In this document: one piece after another, positions 51,736 to 63,314 of the stretch
Numbering within the stretch: the first letter of the stretch is position 1
Layout of the letters: every line of letters starts with the position of its first letter
Source: Rhizophagus irregularis
Taxonomy: Eukaryota
Assembly (NCBI RefSeq): GCF_026210795.1
Contig: NC_089430.1
Location: 3,410,001 to 3,474,000 of the forward strand
DNA: 64,000 nt
Direction: 5' to 3'
Notes under the pieces: generated by a model
Told to the model about the DNA's origin: nothing
Database searches by the model: none
The model's input: only the letters and a program-made list of their open reading frames with translations
Made by a program: the position numbers and the translations under genes

Positions 51736-54700
51736 ATGCTTCTTGCGCAAAAAAATGCTGGGCCTAACCCCGGAGTAATAAAGCTTTTCTCAGGCTTAAC
51801 TGACCTTAATTATAAGCCTGGTCATAATAATCATGTGTATTTCCAAAACTTGTCTATCAGTAAAGATGATGTCGCTCTTCTAGATACTTATAATCCTAAA
51901 GAGATTTTAAATAAATATATAGTTCGGGTTGCAGGAAAGGGCTTTACAGTGGTCGATCATCCATCCGAAGTTTATGGGTTTTCTGATGCTCACGAGTGCA
52001 TTGATGGGAATTTGCCTCTCTGTCTGGTTCTGGATATTGATGCGAGGCAAAAGCCCGATCCCATGAATCCTAAATTTCCTTCCTTAGATGAGAGTAAAAT
52101 TTCTCGTGAAGATTTATTATCCAAAATCTTAATTGCCTGTGTCGATATTATAAATACTGATTTAAAGCATTTTGCAATATTAGATGCTTTTACTTTAGCC
52201 AGCTCGTCTAATGCTAATAAATGCAGTTGGCATATTGTATATAAATATGCACGGTTTATTGACTACAGAGATCTTAAGGGTTTTGTGGAAAAAGTCGCTG
52301 ATAAGGTTGGAAAACCATACTCAAAGTTTATTGATATTGGACTTTATAAATATCGCTTTAGTCTCCGGCTCCTTGGATCAGCAAAGGAAGATAGAGTTAA
52401 AAGACCTGCGATTTCTTCAGTTAAGAAAGGATATCACAAGCTAGAAGATTATTTAGTTCAGCCTAAGTGGAACGCTTCTGAAATCTGGCCACGGACCTTT
52501 TCTTCTGAGAAAGAAGAGAAGAAATTTCAGCCCATCGAAGATGAAACCGCCTTAAGTAACGGAGCCAGCTTAGTTATAGCAAAATATGGATGGCTTGAGA
52601 TCGGAAAAATTGGGAATGGATTTGTCCACTTTCAAGCCCAATTATATGAAGTATATCCTATTTGTGAAATCAAACACGAGAAGGATCAGTTATATGGCTT
52701 TCTTCGAAGTAATGGCTGTTTTGTACTCAAATGCTATCGGCAGAAAAATTATAAACCAGATCATAAGGGATTAGCGTTTGGAAAAGTGATCGAAATTTCT
52801 GCAAAACCTAAGAGAGGAATAGTCGAAAGAATAGGTGATGCTATATCAAATCCACGCCCCCTTGTAGAATTATCAGAGACAATGATTAATGTAGAAAAAT
52901 TAAAGGATGCTCCAGAAGTATATCCCGATTTCTTGGGTATTGAGAAAACGACAACACTTATTCGTTCTCCTCCAGGAACATGGAAAACCACTACATTAAG
53001 AGAGATTATTATGGCATTGAAAAATAAGGTATATGATCTCTCTTCTTGCCATGTTATATCTGGGTTTCTTACCGAAAGTCTCTTAGTAATGAATCAAAAA
53101 CGAAACTTGATGAGCTAAAAGCATCTGGTTTTCGAATTTGCAATTATCAAAATATACAAGGAGACTTATCTATAAATGAGTGGGATATTATCATAGTACA
53201 GGTTGAGAGTCTTTTTCGTATCGAGTTTACAGCCCGTCCATTTGTAGCTATTCTTGATGAAGCTAATGCCATTATGCGTCAAATGTCTAGCGGTACAAAT
53301 GCACGAGAATCTGAGAATGCAATACGTGATGTACTAAGATCTGCGAGACATGTTTTGGCCATGGATGCTTTTGCAAATAAATCAACACTAACCTTCCTCC
53401 AGACTTATCGTGGTGAAAATATTTGCATAGTTGATAATAAGTATCAGCCTCGTATAGGCGAGACAGTTGAATTTATTTATGATCCGAATAGCGGAGCTGA
53501 AGCCATGCGAATAGGATATGATCTTTTGAGGCAGGGCAAACGTGTAGCATTCGTATCTACTGGAGTAGTGATGGCTAGAGCGCTAGTAGAAAAAGCATCT
53601 AAGTTGTTTAAACCCGACAATTCTCCTGTTAAAGCCCGTGCATATTATGGGAATATGGATGGGAAGCAGAGACAAAAAGACTTCTCTAATATTGATGTTG
53701 CTTGGGGTGAGCTTGACTGTGTAGCTTACACAAATACAGTGGAGGCGGGAATATCATTTGAGGTTACGGGCCATTTTGATATAGTTATAGCTATTACAAA
53801 CATCGCCACTCCAGTTCATGTTGAGGCTTTTGCACAAATGCTTTATCGAATTCGTGACTGTCCTCGTCGTATTGTTTCTGTGTTTTATCAAAAAAATTCT
53901 AATGAACTTTTTCGTCCACCAGGTCGTGAAAATATCCGAGCAGAACTTGAAAGTGCTCGACCTAATAATTTGCCTACATCAATAAAGGGTCACCGTGAAT
54001 GGGATAGCAACGCCGTTTTTTATAAAATCGATGAATCTCCTGCTGTAATAACATTTGTCGAAGTTGAGCATCAGAAACGGCTTTCTGCGAGATATTTTAT
54101 TGAGAAGCTTTGTAGTCTTATAGCCAGTACTGGTGCTTCTCTCCAACTAATAAAAATGGATGAGAGCCGAGGAGTTATAGGGAATCGTAAAAAAGTCTGC
54201 AATGAGGTTAGGGTTGAAGCATTAGTTATCAAGGAAACAGATTTTGATGCGGTTGCTACTTCCCGGAATCTTGATCTTGAAGAAGCTGAAAATCTTAAGT
54301 TTGACCAAGAACGCTCTATCCCAGATACTATGGCACTTAAACGTTTCTATATGCGAAATATTTATGGTAAAGATATGGATGATAAGATTTGGGATAATCT
54401 TTGCAATAAGAAGTTTGTAAAATATTTTAGTCCGCCTGAACCTCAGAAACATTTCTTGCGGTTATCTCACTTTCGAAAGCAAGGCTATGATGAGGAAAGT
54501 GCAATGAAAGGGTTAGAGGCCAAAGATATTGCGCAATGGGAAGATAGCCATTATAAAGCTAGATATAATTCTGAAAAATCAGTAGCGGAGGACTTGCACA
54601 AATCATATTCAGCTAATCATTGGAAAGTTATAAGAGAACTCTTTCAAATACTAGGCTTTACCGGCATAGATGATAAGCGTATTCTTTCCAGTAATATAAT

Positions 54701-55046
54701 ATCAGAAACATTCACACAATCCTGCGAGAGGTTTATAAAAGTCCTGGATCAATCCCTATTACTCTTCGGATTTAAGTCTCGTGCTAAGGTAACATCGGAT
54801 CTTAATTCAGCTATAAGGGCAATTAATGCAATTGCTGGAAATTGGTGTGACTATACTGTAAAGATAAATAGGAAAAAAATAGGGCCTAAAGAAAAACAGG
54901 TTTGGGAACGTTCATATCAAATTAATCGGCAACCATATGATGGTCTTGGTTTTGGAGATAAAGGTGCGCCAGAGCTTCCACCATATAGGCTGAAAACAGA
55001 TAATGATATTCAGGAACTCTTTGATTCTATAGGGCAGGACAAATAA
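51736..55046 (+). CDS. PrimPol/AEP primase + Zn finger + UL9-like (origin-binding protein) SF2 helicase fusion; one frameshift near 53045
   Basis: AEP motifs LVLDID, KCSWH and IDIGLY...SLRLLGSAK. Zn-finger-like PICEIKH...KCYR. Walker A-like IRSPPGTWKTT, WVSYRKSLS, QVESLFR, ILDEA, AMDA, YTNTVEAGISF and QMLYRIR. Intronless. Confidence 0.8.
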
Positions 55047-55071
55047 TATTTCAGCCCAGATAGTTATTCAG

Positions 55072-55308
55072 CTAAATCTTGACCATATTAGATTCTGTTT
55101 TAGTTTTTTTACTTTCGCGCCAGGCACGGTCATAAAATCTGCTATGCGTGCTACAGATTCCAGTATCAGAATAGGTTCCCTGCCCGCAGATAGGGCATAT
55201 TGTTCTAGGAAGGGCATTATAATGTCTGGCGCATCCTAATTTACTCATGCTTCCTTTTCCACAGTTCGAACCATCTCTCTTGATGTATTGGCAGATAAAA
55301 CGACCCAT
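55072..55308 (-). CDS. Small Cys/His Zn-finger protein
   Basis: C-x7-G-x2-C...C-x2-H followed by CPIC...C-x2-H; paralogous to 61136-61393. Confidence 0.6.
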   Translation of the reverse strand: MGRFICQYIKRDGSNCGKGSMSKLGCARHYNALPRTICPICGQGTYSDTGICSTHSRFYDRAWRESKKTKTESNMVKI

Positions 55309-55525
55309 ACGAGGTAATTTTAATATTAATAATCTTAAAACTTCACTTTCACTTTTATTATAGATATTTAAAAATGCGATGTCTCAGCGGGTCATATCTC
55401 CCAAGATATAATCAGAGAAATGCTCATGCAAATCACCTTCGGCCAGGTGGGATATAATTTTTCGAATTGAATTTTTTCTCACATAATATAAGTAGAAGAA
55501 ACAACTGAAGTCTACTTATATCGAC

Positions 55526-56846
55526 ATGTCTACTGCAGAACCCACTCAAAAGACCCAGAAAGTGAAAACTAATAAATTCGTTTTGATTCTAGAACAGTTC
55601 TTAGAAAGATATAACTTATCCGCAGAGTCCAGCCCAGAGCAATTAAGCGAACATGCCCCTGAACTTAATGCTTTACTTCCAGATTGGAAGGCCCGTAAGT
55701 GCGTTAAGGAAGCCCTTGCGAGAGCGGCTGAAAAGAGAAGTGCATTTAGCAAAGAGCAGAAAGAGGCTCTCGTGCCAGATCAGAGAAATATGATATATTC
55801 AGTCAGGGAAAAGGGCTCAAGAAGTCGCTAAAAGTGAAGATAAGTGGGATATTTTTATTAATACTTTAGATTTGGGACCAAAAGGAAGTAAGGATGGAGT
55901 AATTGATGATAAGGAAATGGTTGCTTCTAGCTCAAACCAATCACGATTTCGTAAGTATTTAGCAGAGTACGGGGCCGATCGTGAACTTATTGATCGCTAT
56001 GCCAAAGATTTGAAGACCACTACAGCTTCCAATAAAATCCAGCAAGAGCGGACTGAGAAGCGCTTGGCTAATCCAGGTAGAACTCCAGAACATTTCACCT
56101 TTGAGAAAGTGCATAGGAGACTCCAGAATATCGATACTTCTAAAATTCCCTCTATGCAGGATCTCGCGGATGTGATAGTGATGCTGAGCATGAGGCCTGC
56201 TGAAGTATCATCTCTCCAGATTATTAATTACAAACCAGATTCTGAAGATCCGCCAGCGTGGTATAAAGCTGGTTATTGCGGTCGGTATTGCACTGGATGT
56301 CGCAAACAGAGAGATAAACCGATGCCTATGCGCTTACTCTCTATGGAAAAGGATCTAGAACGTGCTAGGGAATTACTTACCTGGATTCAAGACGCTATTA
56401 AGGCTGGGAAGTTGCGTGATCCAGTTTATACTGAAACTGAAAAGCGTAATAATGTGCCATTTGCCAAATTCATAAAGAGTTTAAAAACTAATCAGGACGA
56501 AGATGAGATTACCCCCGAGCTTCTAAGAAAAATAGGAGCTAAACACGCCTCGATGGTTCATGCCAGTCCAAATAAAACCCCTCAACATCTCGACAATCTT
56601 TCAGAAATCGCATTAAGACATAAAATTAACCGTCTTGATGCAGGAAAAAATTACGCTTTGGGTGATCCAAAATCGAAGAAGGAGCCCAAATCTGAACCAG
56701 AGACAGGTGATGGTCCAAAACCCCAAACACAGGCTTCTTCACCTGCATCTCAGTCTAGAAATAACGATCCAAAAAAGTCTCAAACAATGGATATGGATTC
56801 AATGTTAGCAGAAATTGATGCAATGTTAGCTGAAATTTGGAAATAG
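55526..56846 (+). CDS. Tyrosine recombinase, protelomerase/telomere-resolvase-like; one frameshift near 55810
   Basis: Ordered motifs MLSMRPAEV (R), TGCRKQR (K), LLRKIGA (R), ALRH (H) and KNY (Y). The frame of ORF 55872 stays open upstream into ORF 55526, implying one gene of ~440 aa. Confidence 0.6.
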
Positions 56847-57030
56847 ACGAGCTATACACAGCGCCTTCGGCCAGATTGTGCGATAAATATTCAGTTTATT
56901 TTTTTCAGATATATAAAAATGTTAAGAAGTGATATAGATGAAATGCCAGGTTGATTAATCAGCCCTCCCTTATTTCTCATATTTGTTCAGAAAAAGAATA
57001 GATTAATTGAATCGGACAAACTATCTGGTA

Positions 57031-57246
57031 ATGGCTAAAAAATCAAGAAATAACAGGCGCAAGACAATGGGTAAGTTTACTACTAATCCCACACAATATT
57101 TCTCCCTATGCAATCCAGCCAAATATGAGCACACATATGATAGGGCAACCGGCTTTATCACTGTCAAGAATAAAAGACAGGATAGGATTGTAGGCGTGTT
57201 CGATTATCCCGAGCTGAGTGAATATCTGGGAGTTCGATCTAACTAG
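57031..57246 (+). CDS. Small basic hypothetical protein
   Basis: 71-aa ATG ORF in the gene-dense element, with natural composition. Confidence 0.4.
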   Translation: MAKKSRNNRRKTMGKFTTNPTQYFSLCNPAKYEHTYDRATGFITVKNKRQDRIVGVFDYPELSEYLGVRSN

Positions 57247-57431
57247 TCCGGAGCGGTGATCACTTCGCTCGAAAGAAGAATTTGCTGGGCCACTCCTGTG
57301 CGACAGAAAAATAAGTGGATCAGCAGTCAGCCTCATGTGCAACATAATTTTCGCATATACTGAAAAGAAGCTATGCACGCTACCAGTACTTTATTTTTTA
57401 TTAAGTATAATTGATCTACAATATTAGCAAA

Positions 57432-57815
57432 ATGTTTGATGAGGATATAGATGCTGAGAAGGAGAAAGCCTTCGATGAATTTACCAAAGAATATGGACAG
57501 AGAGAAGAGGATTGGACTATTTATGATGATTGGTATGACTGGGATGACCTTTTTTGTGAAATTAAGACCCATTGGAACACAAAAGCTGTCAAGTATTGGA
57601 GAGAGAAAATACTTAAGCGATTTGTATATAGTCTACCCAGTGTAAGTAATCCAACGTCATTATTCCATGTACTCTTACAATCCAATGTTATTTATCTCCC
57701 ACAAATAATAAGTCTAATAGAATTGCCATATTATCCACTTGAACTTCGATCAGAAATATGGGGTCCCTCCAGGACCTGCCCGGATGGTATATATTGGTCA
57801 GTCCGAGGTCAGTGA
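57432..57815 (+). CDS. Hypothetical protein (acidic, Trp-rich N-terminus)
   Basis: ATG ORF preceded by the repeated intergenic motif at 57265-57360. Confidence 0.45.
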   Translation: MFDEDIDAEKEKAFDEFTKEYGQREEDWTIYDDWYDWDDLFCEIKTHWNTKAVKYWREKILKRFVYSLPSVSNPTSLFHVLLQSNVIYLPQIISLIELPYYPLELRSEIWGPSRTCPDGIYWSVRGQ

Positions 57816-58416
57816 TCTGGTCCCTTTAGGACCTCTTCAGCTCGGAAGAATTTGCTGAGCCACAGATTGTGTGACAGAAAAAGGCCGATCACCAGGCAGG
57901 GTTTGTGCGACATATTAATTTTCACATATATATTCGAAAAACATATTAACCTTTATTCTTTATTTTTTTCCCGAACAAACATGAGGAAAAAATGGCCTGC
58001 TTCACAGGCGCTTCGCTTGAAAGGAGGTCTAGTTGGAGCACAGGACCAGCTCTAAAAGTAAATAGTGCCGACAAAAGCATATGTTATGAAAGGCTGAGGA
58101 CTTTGGAATTTCGAGATCGCCAGGCGTAAAACCAACTATGTCTTTCCGGTAGATCTACATGTGAAAAGGTATGAGAATTCTATTTGCATGTGCCTTCATA
58201 GAACTCTTGGCATCATACGACAATGCTAATCACTATTCTTATTTCCTTAACTTCGGCTTGGCGCTCTTTTTCCAGCAAGATATAAAGTATGTAGAGATAT
58301 GTGGAAGTTCAGCCAACTTTCCGCAAAAATAATTGAGGTATGTATATGCCAAAAGTCATGTTTACTGCAAGCGATAATTTCTCACAACGGGCCCTTGCAT
58401 TCCAGAAAACGAAAAT

Positions 58417-58731
58417 ATGGCCAATATTACTCTCAACTGCCTTATAATTCCCACCGGTCGCTTCACTGGAATTCCAAACAATGATGCTAATCTAACGGTT
58501 ACAATTCCCCTTGGAAATACAGTCAGAAATCTTCACGCTCAGATTCAACAACAGTTACCTCAGCAATTCAGAAATGTCCCATTTTATCTTCGCGCACTCC
58601 GCTCTGGGCTTGTAAATTACGTTGCTATGCGACAAGGGGGATTGATTTCTAATTATTTTGATGAAAATCTCACTGCGGACGTTTACCATGTTCTTATAGA
58701 GGATGATGTATATGGTTATTATGACTTGTAA
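58417..58731 (+). CDS. Stand-alone Crinkler (CRN) N-terminal ubiquitin-like domain protein
   Basis: ITLNCLI...LTVTIPLGNTVRNLHAQI...FYLRA...YHVLIE matches the CRN header pattern, including an HVLV-like end. Confidence 0.6.
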   Translation: MANITLNCLIIPTGRFTGIPNNDANLTVTIPLGNTVRNLHAQIQQQLPQQFRNVPFYLRALRSGLVNYVAMRQGGLISNYFDENLTADVYHVLIEDDVYGYYDL

Positions 58732-59005
58732 TGCGAAATATTCGTGCGAAGCGCCTTAACGGCCAATTTTTATGTATTGTAAGCCGGCTACCGGCAACTA
58801 TTTTACAGTATTTCATAAATAAAGTATTATTTTATCGAACGTATATGAGAAAGGGTCACGTGTAATGATGCAATGCCTGTGCTACATAAAAACCTATATT
58901 AATACCCAGTATTCCCTTTCCCGAACAGATATAAAATTTTATCTCACTCCGAACGTAACACTATTTTTTTGTCCGAGCCTATTATCACTATAAAAACGTA
59001 ACACT

Positions 59006-60274
59006 ATGTCTTCTGAAACCAGTACACCTTATACTCCAGCTTCCACCTCTACTACTGTTGCTGGAAATGAGACTGTCTCGTTGGCGGACGAAATTAAAAA
59101 ATATGATACGGCCAAGCTTATAGATTTCTTGCGTGGGGAAAAGGACTTACTTCTTAACGATGCTCATTTCGAAATTTTGCGCAAACGAGAAATAGTCGGT
59201 CGAGCTTTCCTCAACATGGACAAACAAGATTTCAGAGATAGTGGGTTTGAAATAGGAACAGCCATAGTACTTGCGGACTTCGCTAAGGAGTGTAAGGAGA
59301 AAAAGAAGCGTGCGTTTTCCTCATACCGCAGTTTGGAGGAAGTGTTAGAAAAATACGGCATTAAGAGTAGTAGTATAACGAGCATCCCCCAGTTCACACC
59401 AGGTAAGTTATGCACATGCCAACCTTTTTCGTTACGAATAGCAACTCACGTATTCTGAATTTATAGTCCCCCACACAATCGATGAAAAATCTCCAGAGTT
59501 TAAGCTCTGCATTGATGACATTCTTCGTAGGATAAAAAACATGGGGCCAGTCGTAGATAGTAATGAGGCTATGCGTTGTGAATACATTTCTACAATCCTT
59601 CATACTGCTGTCAGCATCCTCGGAGGATTGGTAATCTTACCTCAGATGAATGTATCTGGTGAAGAAAGTTCCGGCCGTGTAGATTATGCGATCAAGAAAA
59701 TACTGGATGATTTGCTCGAAGAAATAATATGCATAACCGAAGGAAAGCAAAACCAGCCAGGGAAAGGAGTGGCTCAGAACCTTATGCAATGTCGAAGTTC
59801 GTGCGAAGTAAGTAATACCTTTTTTATGTCTAGCCTCCATTCGATTATCCTTCTATCAGAAAATACTAACAAATCCTCATCTGTAAACATAGATGAACTT
59901 AGATACGCTCAAGAAAAAGCGTACGGCTGATGAAGCATTCGAGGAGTATGAATATGTCTATGGTATCGTCACAACAGGTGAGAAAATGACTCTAGTGAAG
60001 GTTTCTGTTTCGCTTTTGCATCACTAACTCTCACAATTTCTTAGCCACGGACTGGTATTTCATTCTACATAGCACCGAGGCTATCTATTGTACGAGCAAG
60101 ACTGAGTATCGCATCTCTCTGACTGAAGACGCACTCAAGGACTCAACCGACTTGCGCAAGAATGTGAAGAGGATTTTAGGGGTTATAGTGGGCTTGTTAA
60201 GAGATAGGGTATCAGCTAGTGAGGAACCCGCAAATAAGAAGCGCCGTGTAGAAGAAATAATCAAGAAAAAATAA
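59006..60274 (+). CDS. SAM-like + PD-(D/E)xK nuclease (Crinkler-associated family); exons 59006-59402, 59467-59807, 59893-59977, 60045-60274
   Basis: Three clean GT-AG introns give an intact frame. SAM-like LIDFLR...IVGRAFL...GF.IG. Nuclease motifs NEAMRCEYIS, GRVDYAI, ITEGKQ, GVAQNLMQ and YGIVTTATDWYF. Confidence 0.8.
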
Positions 60275-60456
60275 TCATGTATATTAGATAGACATCATGT
60301 ATCACGGGCTACGTCCCGAACATTTGTATTTATTTTTCGCATGTATTAATAAAAAAAAATTTGAATTTTGCAGATAAATATGATAAGCGAAAAAATATAT
60401 AGTCATGGAACTGCCATTCCAGGGCTATAAACAATTATTTATATCGTAATCACGCC

Positions 60457-61008
60457 TTAGCAAAATGCTCGCGCTAGAGCCAATATATGTTCTGGCCCTA
60501 AAACACTAGTCTTGGTAAATGCATCATATAATGCACCCGGTCTATGCTTCGAAGGAATTAAATTTGAATGATGGAGGAATTTCATAAGCACGTCGTTCCT
60601 CCAAGTTTTCATCTCTTCTTGCTCCCAAGTTATTCCTATTAACGTAGTCAAGTTATCAATGGAATAGTTCATTTGGATTAGATTCTGGAGCGAAGATCGT
60701 TTATTTTTTTCTAGAGTAAATAGACTCATTCCTCCCATAACAGCAGACTCCACACTAATAATAAATTTTTCACGAATATCTGCTCTAATTGCTAAGACAG
60801 ATAGAGGCGGAATTAGAGCTGGGTGGTAGAAGTCGGCTAAGGGATCCAGCTCAAATTCACCTACATATATGATTCCAATGTCTTCTAAATAATCTGAGAG
60901 TCTATCAACATATTTATAGCCTTCCCGAATCAACTTCTGGAATAGCTTTCTGTTTGGATCGATCCATCGGCCGGTTAGAATGTTGAGTACTGTTTTTTCC
61001 GCGTTCAT
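60457..61008 (-). CDS. Hypothetical protein with N-terminal N-x-x-TGR-x-I motif
   Basis: Intact intronless 183-aa ORF. VLNILTGRWI...LFQKL resembles the NPxTGRxI motif of large-DNA-virus proteins. Confidence 0.55.
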   Translation of the reverse strand: MNAEKTVLNILTGRWIDPNRKLFQKLIREGYKYVDRLSDYLEDIGIIYVGEFELDPLADFYHPALIPPLSVLAIRADIREKFIISVESAVMGGMSLFTLEKNKRSSLQNLIQMNYSIDNLTTLIGITWEQEEMKTWRNDVLMKFLHHSNLIPSKHRPGALYDAFTKTSVLGPEHILALARAFC

Positions 61009-61135
61009 AGATGATGATTTATGCTGTGGTATATGATTAATCGTTTACGATATACTTTTTCCACCACAGTTCAATTAGGATTTTCTCATTTTGAAATTCG
61101 AATTCTATAATGTGAAAGGTGCAAGAATATAATAA

Positions 61136-61393
61136 ATGGAACGTCTTACCTGTCCCCACATTAAAAAAGATGGAAGTGTTTGTGGCCGTGTTTGCACTCG
61201 CTTGGTGGGATGCTCGCTCCACTGGAAATCAGGTGCAAATAATATGCTAAAATCTCCATGTAGAATATGCGATAAACCTACATTATCTTATACGGGCTAT
61301 TGCTCCAAGCATGCCAAAAAAATTTATCGTCGCCTCGAAAGAGAGAGGGAGAGGCAACGAGATGTCTTATCGCATATTACTCATTCACTTTAG
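61136..61393 (+). CDS. Small Cys/His Zn-finger protein
   Basis: CPHIKKDGSVC...CSLH...CRIC...GYCSKH; paralog of 55072-55308. Confidence 0.6.
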   Translation: MERLTCPHIKKDGSVCGRVCTRLVGCSLHWKSGANNMLKSPCRICDKPTLSYTGYCSKHAKKIYRRLERERERQRDVLSHITHSL

Positions 61394-61546
61394 TGAACAA
61401 ACATTAGTCCCGGACTTTAATAAAAAATTTTCTTGGCAAAAGTGATCTGTGTGTCAAATTGTCACGCGACCATGATTTTTTTATCTATTACTATACTAAC
61501 TCGAACTTTTGAACTATCCCATCTCATATAAAAAGTATTATCAAAC

Positions 61547-63139
61547 ATGCAATCTGAGATTGATTCATTGAAAGAAATAAATTCGAAACTCTTGGCCGAG
61601 ATTAGTGAACTTAGAAAGGAGAATGCCGAAGTCAAGGCTGAGAATATCGAAGTTAAGGTTGAGAATGCGAAGTTAAAGCATGCTTTGGAAGAACATGAAG
61701 CCAGATTCACGAACCTAGAACAGAGAGATAAAGAAAAGACCAACCTTATTGCTAAATTAGATGATGATATCAGGGAAATCAAACAGGAACAAAATGTTAA
61801 TATTTTGGCACAAAGCAATACATTCATACCAAAGTCTCCAATTCATTCAATAAGTTCACAATCATCTATTTCGCCAAATATTGAGGGGATTTCAAAGCAA
61901 TCGGATTGCTCTGATCATTCTATTGAAAAGAATAATGCTGACCCTATATCTCAGGATTTCGATTCAATACCTTTAGATCAAACTAATATATCTTCCGTTG
62001 TAGACCAGTATGATACTACCGAATCTAAATCATTGGAGGATGATAGAGAGACGGATTCTTTCTTAGATGAGGTGCATAGGAAGAAGGTTAGTAATGAGAT
62101 AAGGGAGAGAAAGCGGAAAATAAAACTTCAGCATGAATTAACTACCCAAGACTCATCCTCAGTTACTTCTGTCTCATCCTGTCCACCCACTAGTTCGTGT
62201 TCAGGGAAAAATGTTGAGAAACTATGTTTGAAGGAGAGAGACAAACAGAACACTCCGTCACATCAAAAAATCCTCTATAGGGAAAAAGTGGAGCGAGGTT
62301 TAAGGCAGGAACTATCATCTTTTTGCAGTAAGGACAGCGATGGTAGGGTGTTTGACATTCAGATTCCCGAATTCTCCTTAGAAGCGATTCTAACAGGATC
62401 TAGTAAAATTACAGCACAAACCATAGTCGAACTATTTAATGTAGCAATGAAGGTCAGACATAAGGAGATACTATGCTGGTATTGTTACTATAAAGCGTAC
62501 GAGGATCGAATTAGGGATTTTAAATCTACGAATAAGATTGACGACCAATCGGCAAGGACATTGGTATACAGCGAAATCAAATCCCTTCTTCCAGACATTA
62601 CTGACGTGAACTTGCGTAAAATCACTTCTAGAGCTAAAAAGGTTTATGTATTATTCGAGGGGATAGGAATAGATAAAATTCAAGCAGTTACTTATAGCGC
62701 AAGTGCTATTTCAAGTTTGATAGAAATTCAGATCCAAGGCATTATAAGTTGTTTTCCCAAGACTTATAAGTCTTCTACGGATGATACAGATGAATGCCAA
62801 AAAATGATCAGCGTGACAAATCGTCACGCGCACGTGACTGAATCTTCTGAGGTAAGCGCATCAATGATTTCATCAGTCACACCTCAAGCAAGTAGGACTC
62901 ATGACCGCACCTATTTTCGCAACAAGATATTGGATCAATATCCTAATCTATATAGAGAATGTAGTAGTGAAAATTTCGATTATTATGGAATTACTGATGA
63001 GACATCATGCGGAGTCTCGAGAGAGACCATCTGCCCATTATGCAAATTAGGTCATAATGATGAAGAAATAGAAGGTAGGTATAAAGCCGGATCTTACTTT
63101 ATTAAGTGTGAACAGCATGAAATTGAGATAACTGCATAG
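61547..63139 (+). CDS. Coiled-coil hypothetical protein with conserved helical domain and C-terminal CPLC..H motif
   Basis: Intact intronless 530-aa ORF. N-terminal ENAEVK heptads; central WYCY...ARTLVYSEI...NLRKITSRAKKVY.LF..IG; C-terminal CPLCKLGH. Confidence 0.7.
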   Translation: MQSEIDSLKEINSKLLAEISELRKENAEVKAENIEVKVENAKLKHALEEHEARFTNLEQRDKEKTNLIAKLDDDIREIKQEQNVNILAQSNTFIPKSPIHSISSQSSISPNIEGISKQSDCSDHSIEKNNADPISQDFDSIPLDQTNISSVVDQYDTTESKSLEDDRETDSFLDEVHRKKVSNEIRERKRKIKLQHELTTQDSSSVTSVSSCPPTSSCSGKNVEKLCLKERDKQNTPSHQKILYREKVERGLRQELSSFCSKDSDGRVFDIQIPEFSLEAILTGSSKITAQTIVELFNVAMKVRHKEILCWYCYYKAYEDRIRDFKSTNKIDDQSARTLVYSEIKSLLPDITDVNLRKITSRAKKVYVLFEGIGIDKIQAVTYSASAISSLIEIQIQGIISCFPKTYKSSTDDTDECQKMISVTNRHAHVTESSEVSASMISSVTPQASRTHDRTYFRNKILDQYPNLYRECSSENFDYYGITDETSCGVSRETICPLCKLGHNDEEIEGRYKAGSYFIKCEQHEIEITA

Positions 63140-63314
63140 TCTTACCCCCTCAATCAAAGATTTCGGGGTGGGAGAAAAGTGATATATTTCTTACTTGCAG
63201 GCTCGCAGGCTCGCAGGCTCCGTATAACAGATAGGTTTTTTTTTCTCACCCTGCAGTTCGAAGAATAAAGGGGCGGGGATTTAAATTGATCTGTGATCAT
63301 AGAAAAAAGGAAAC

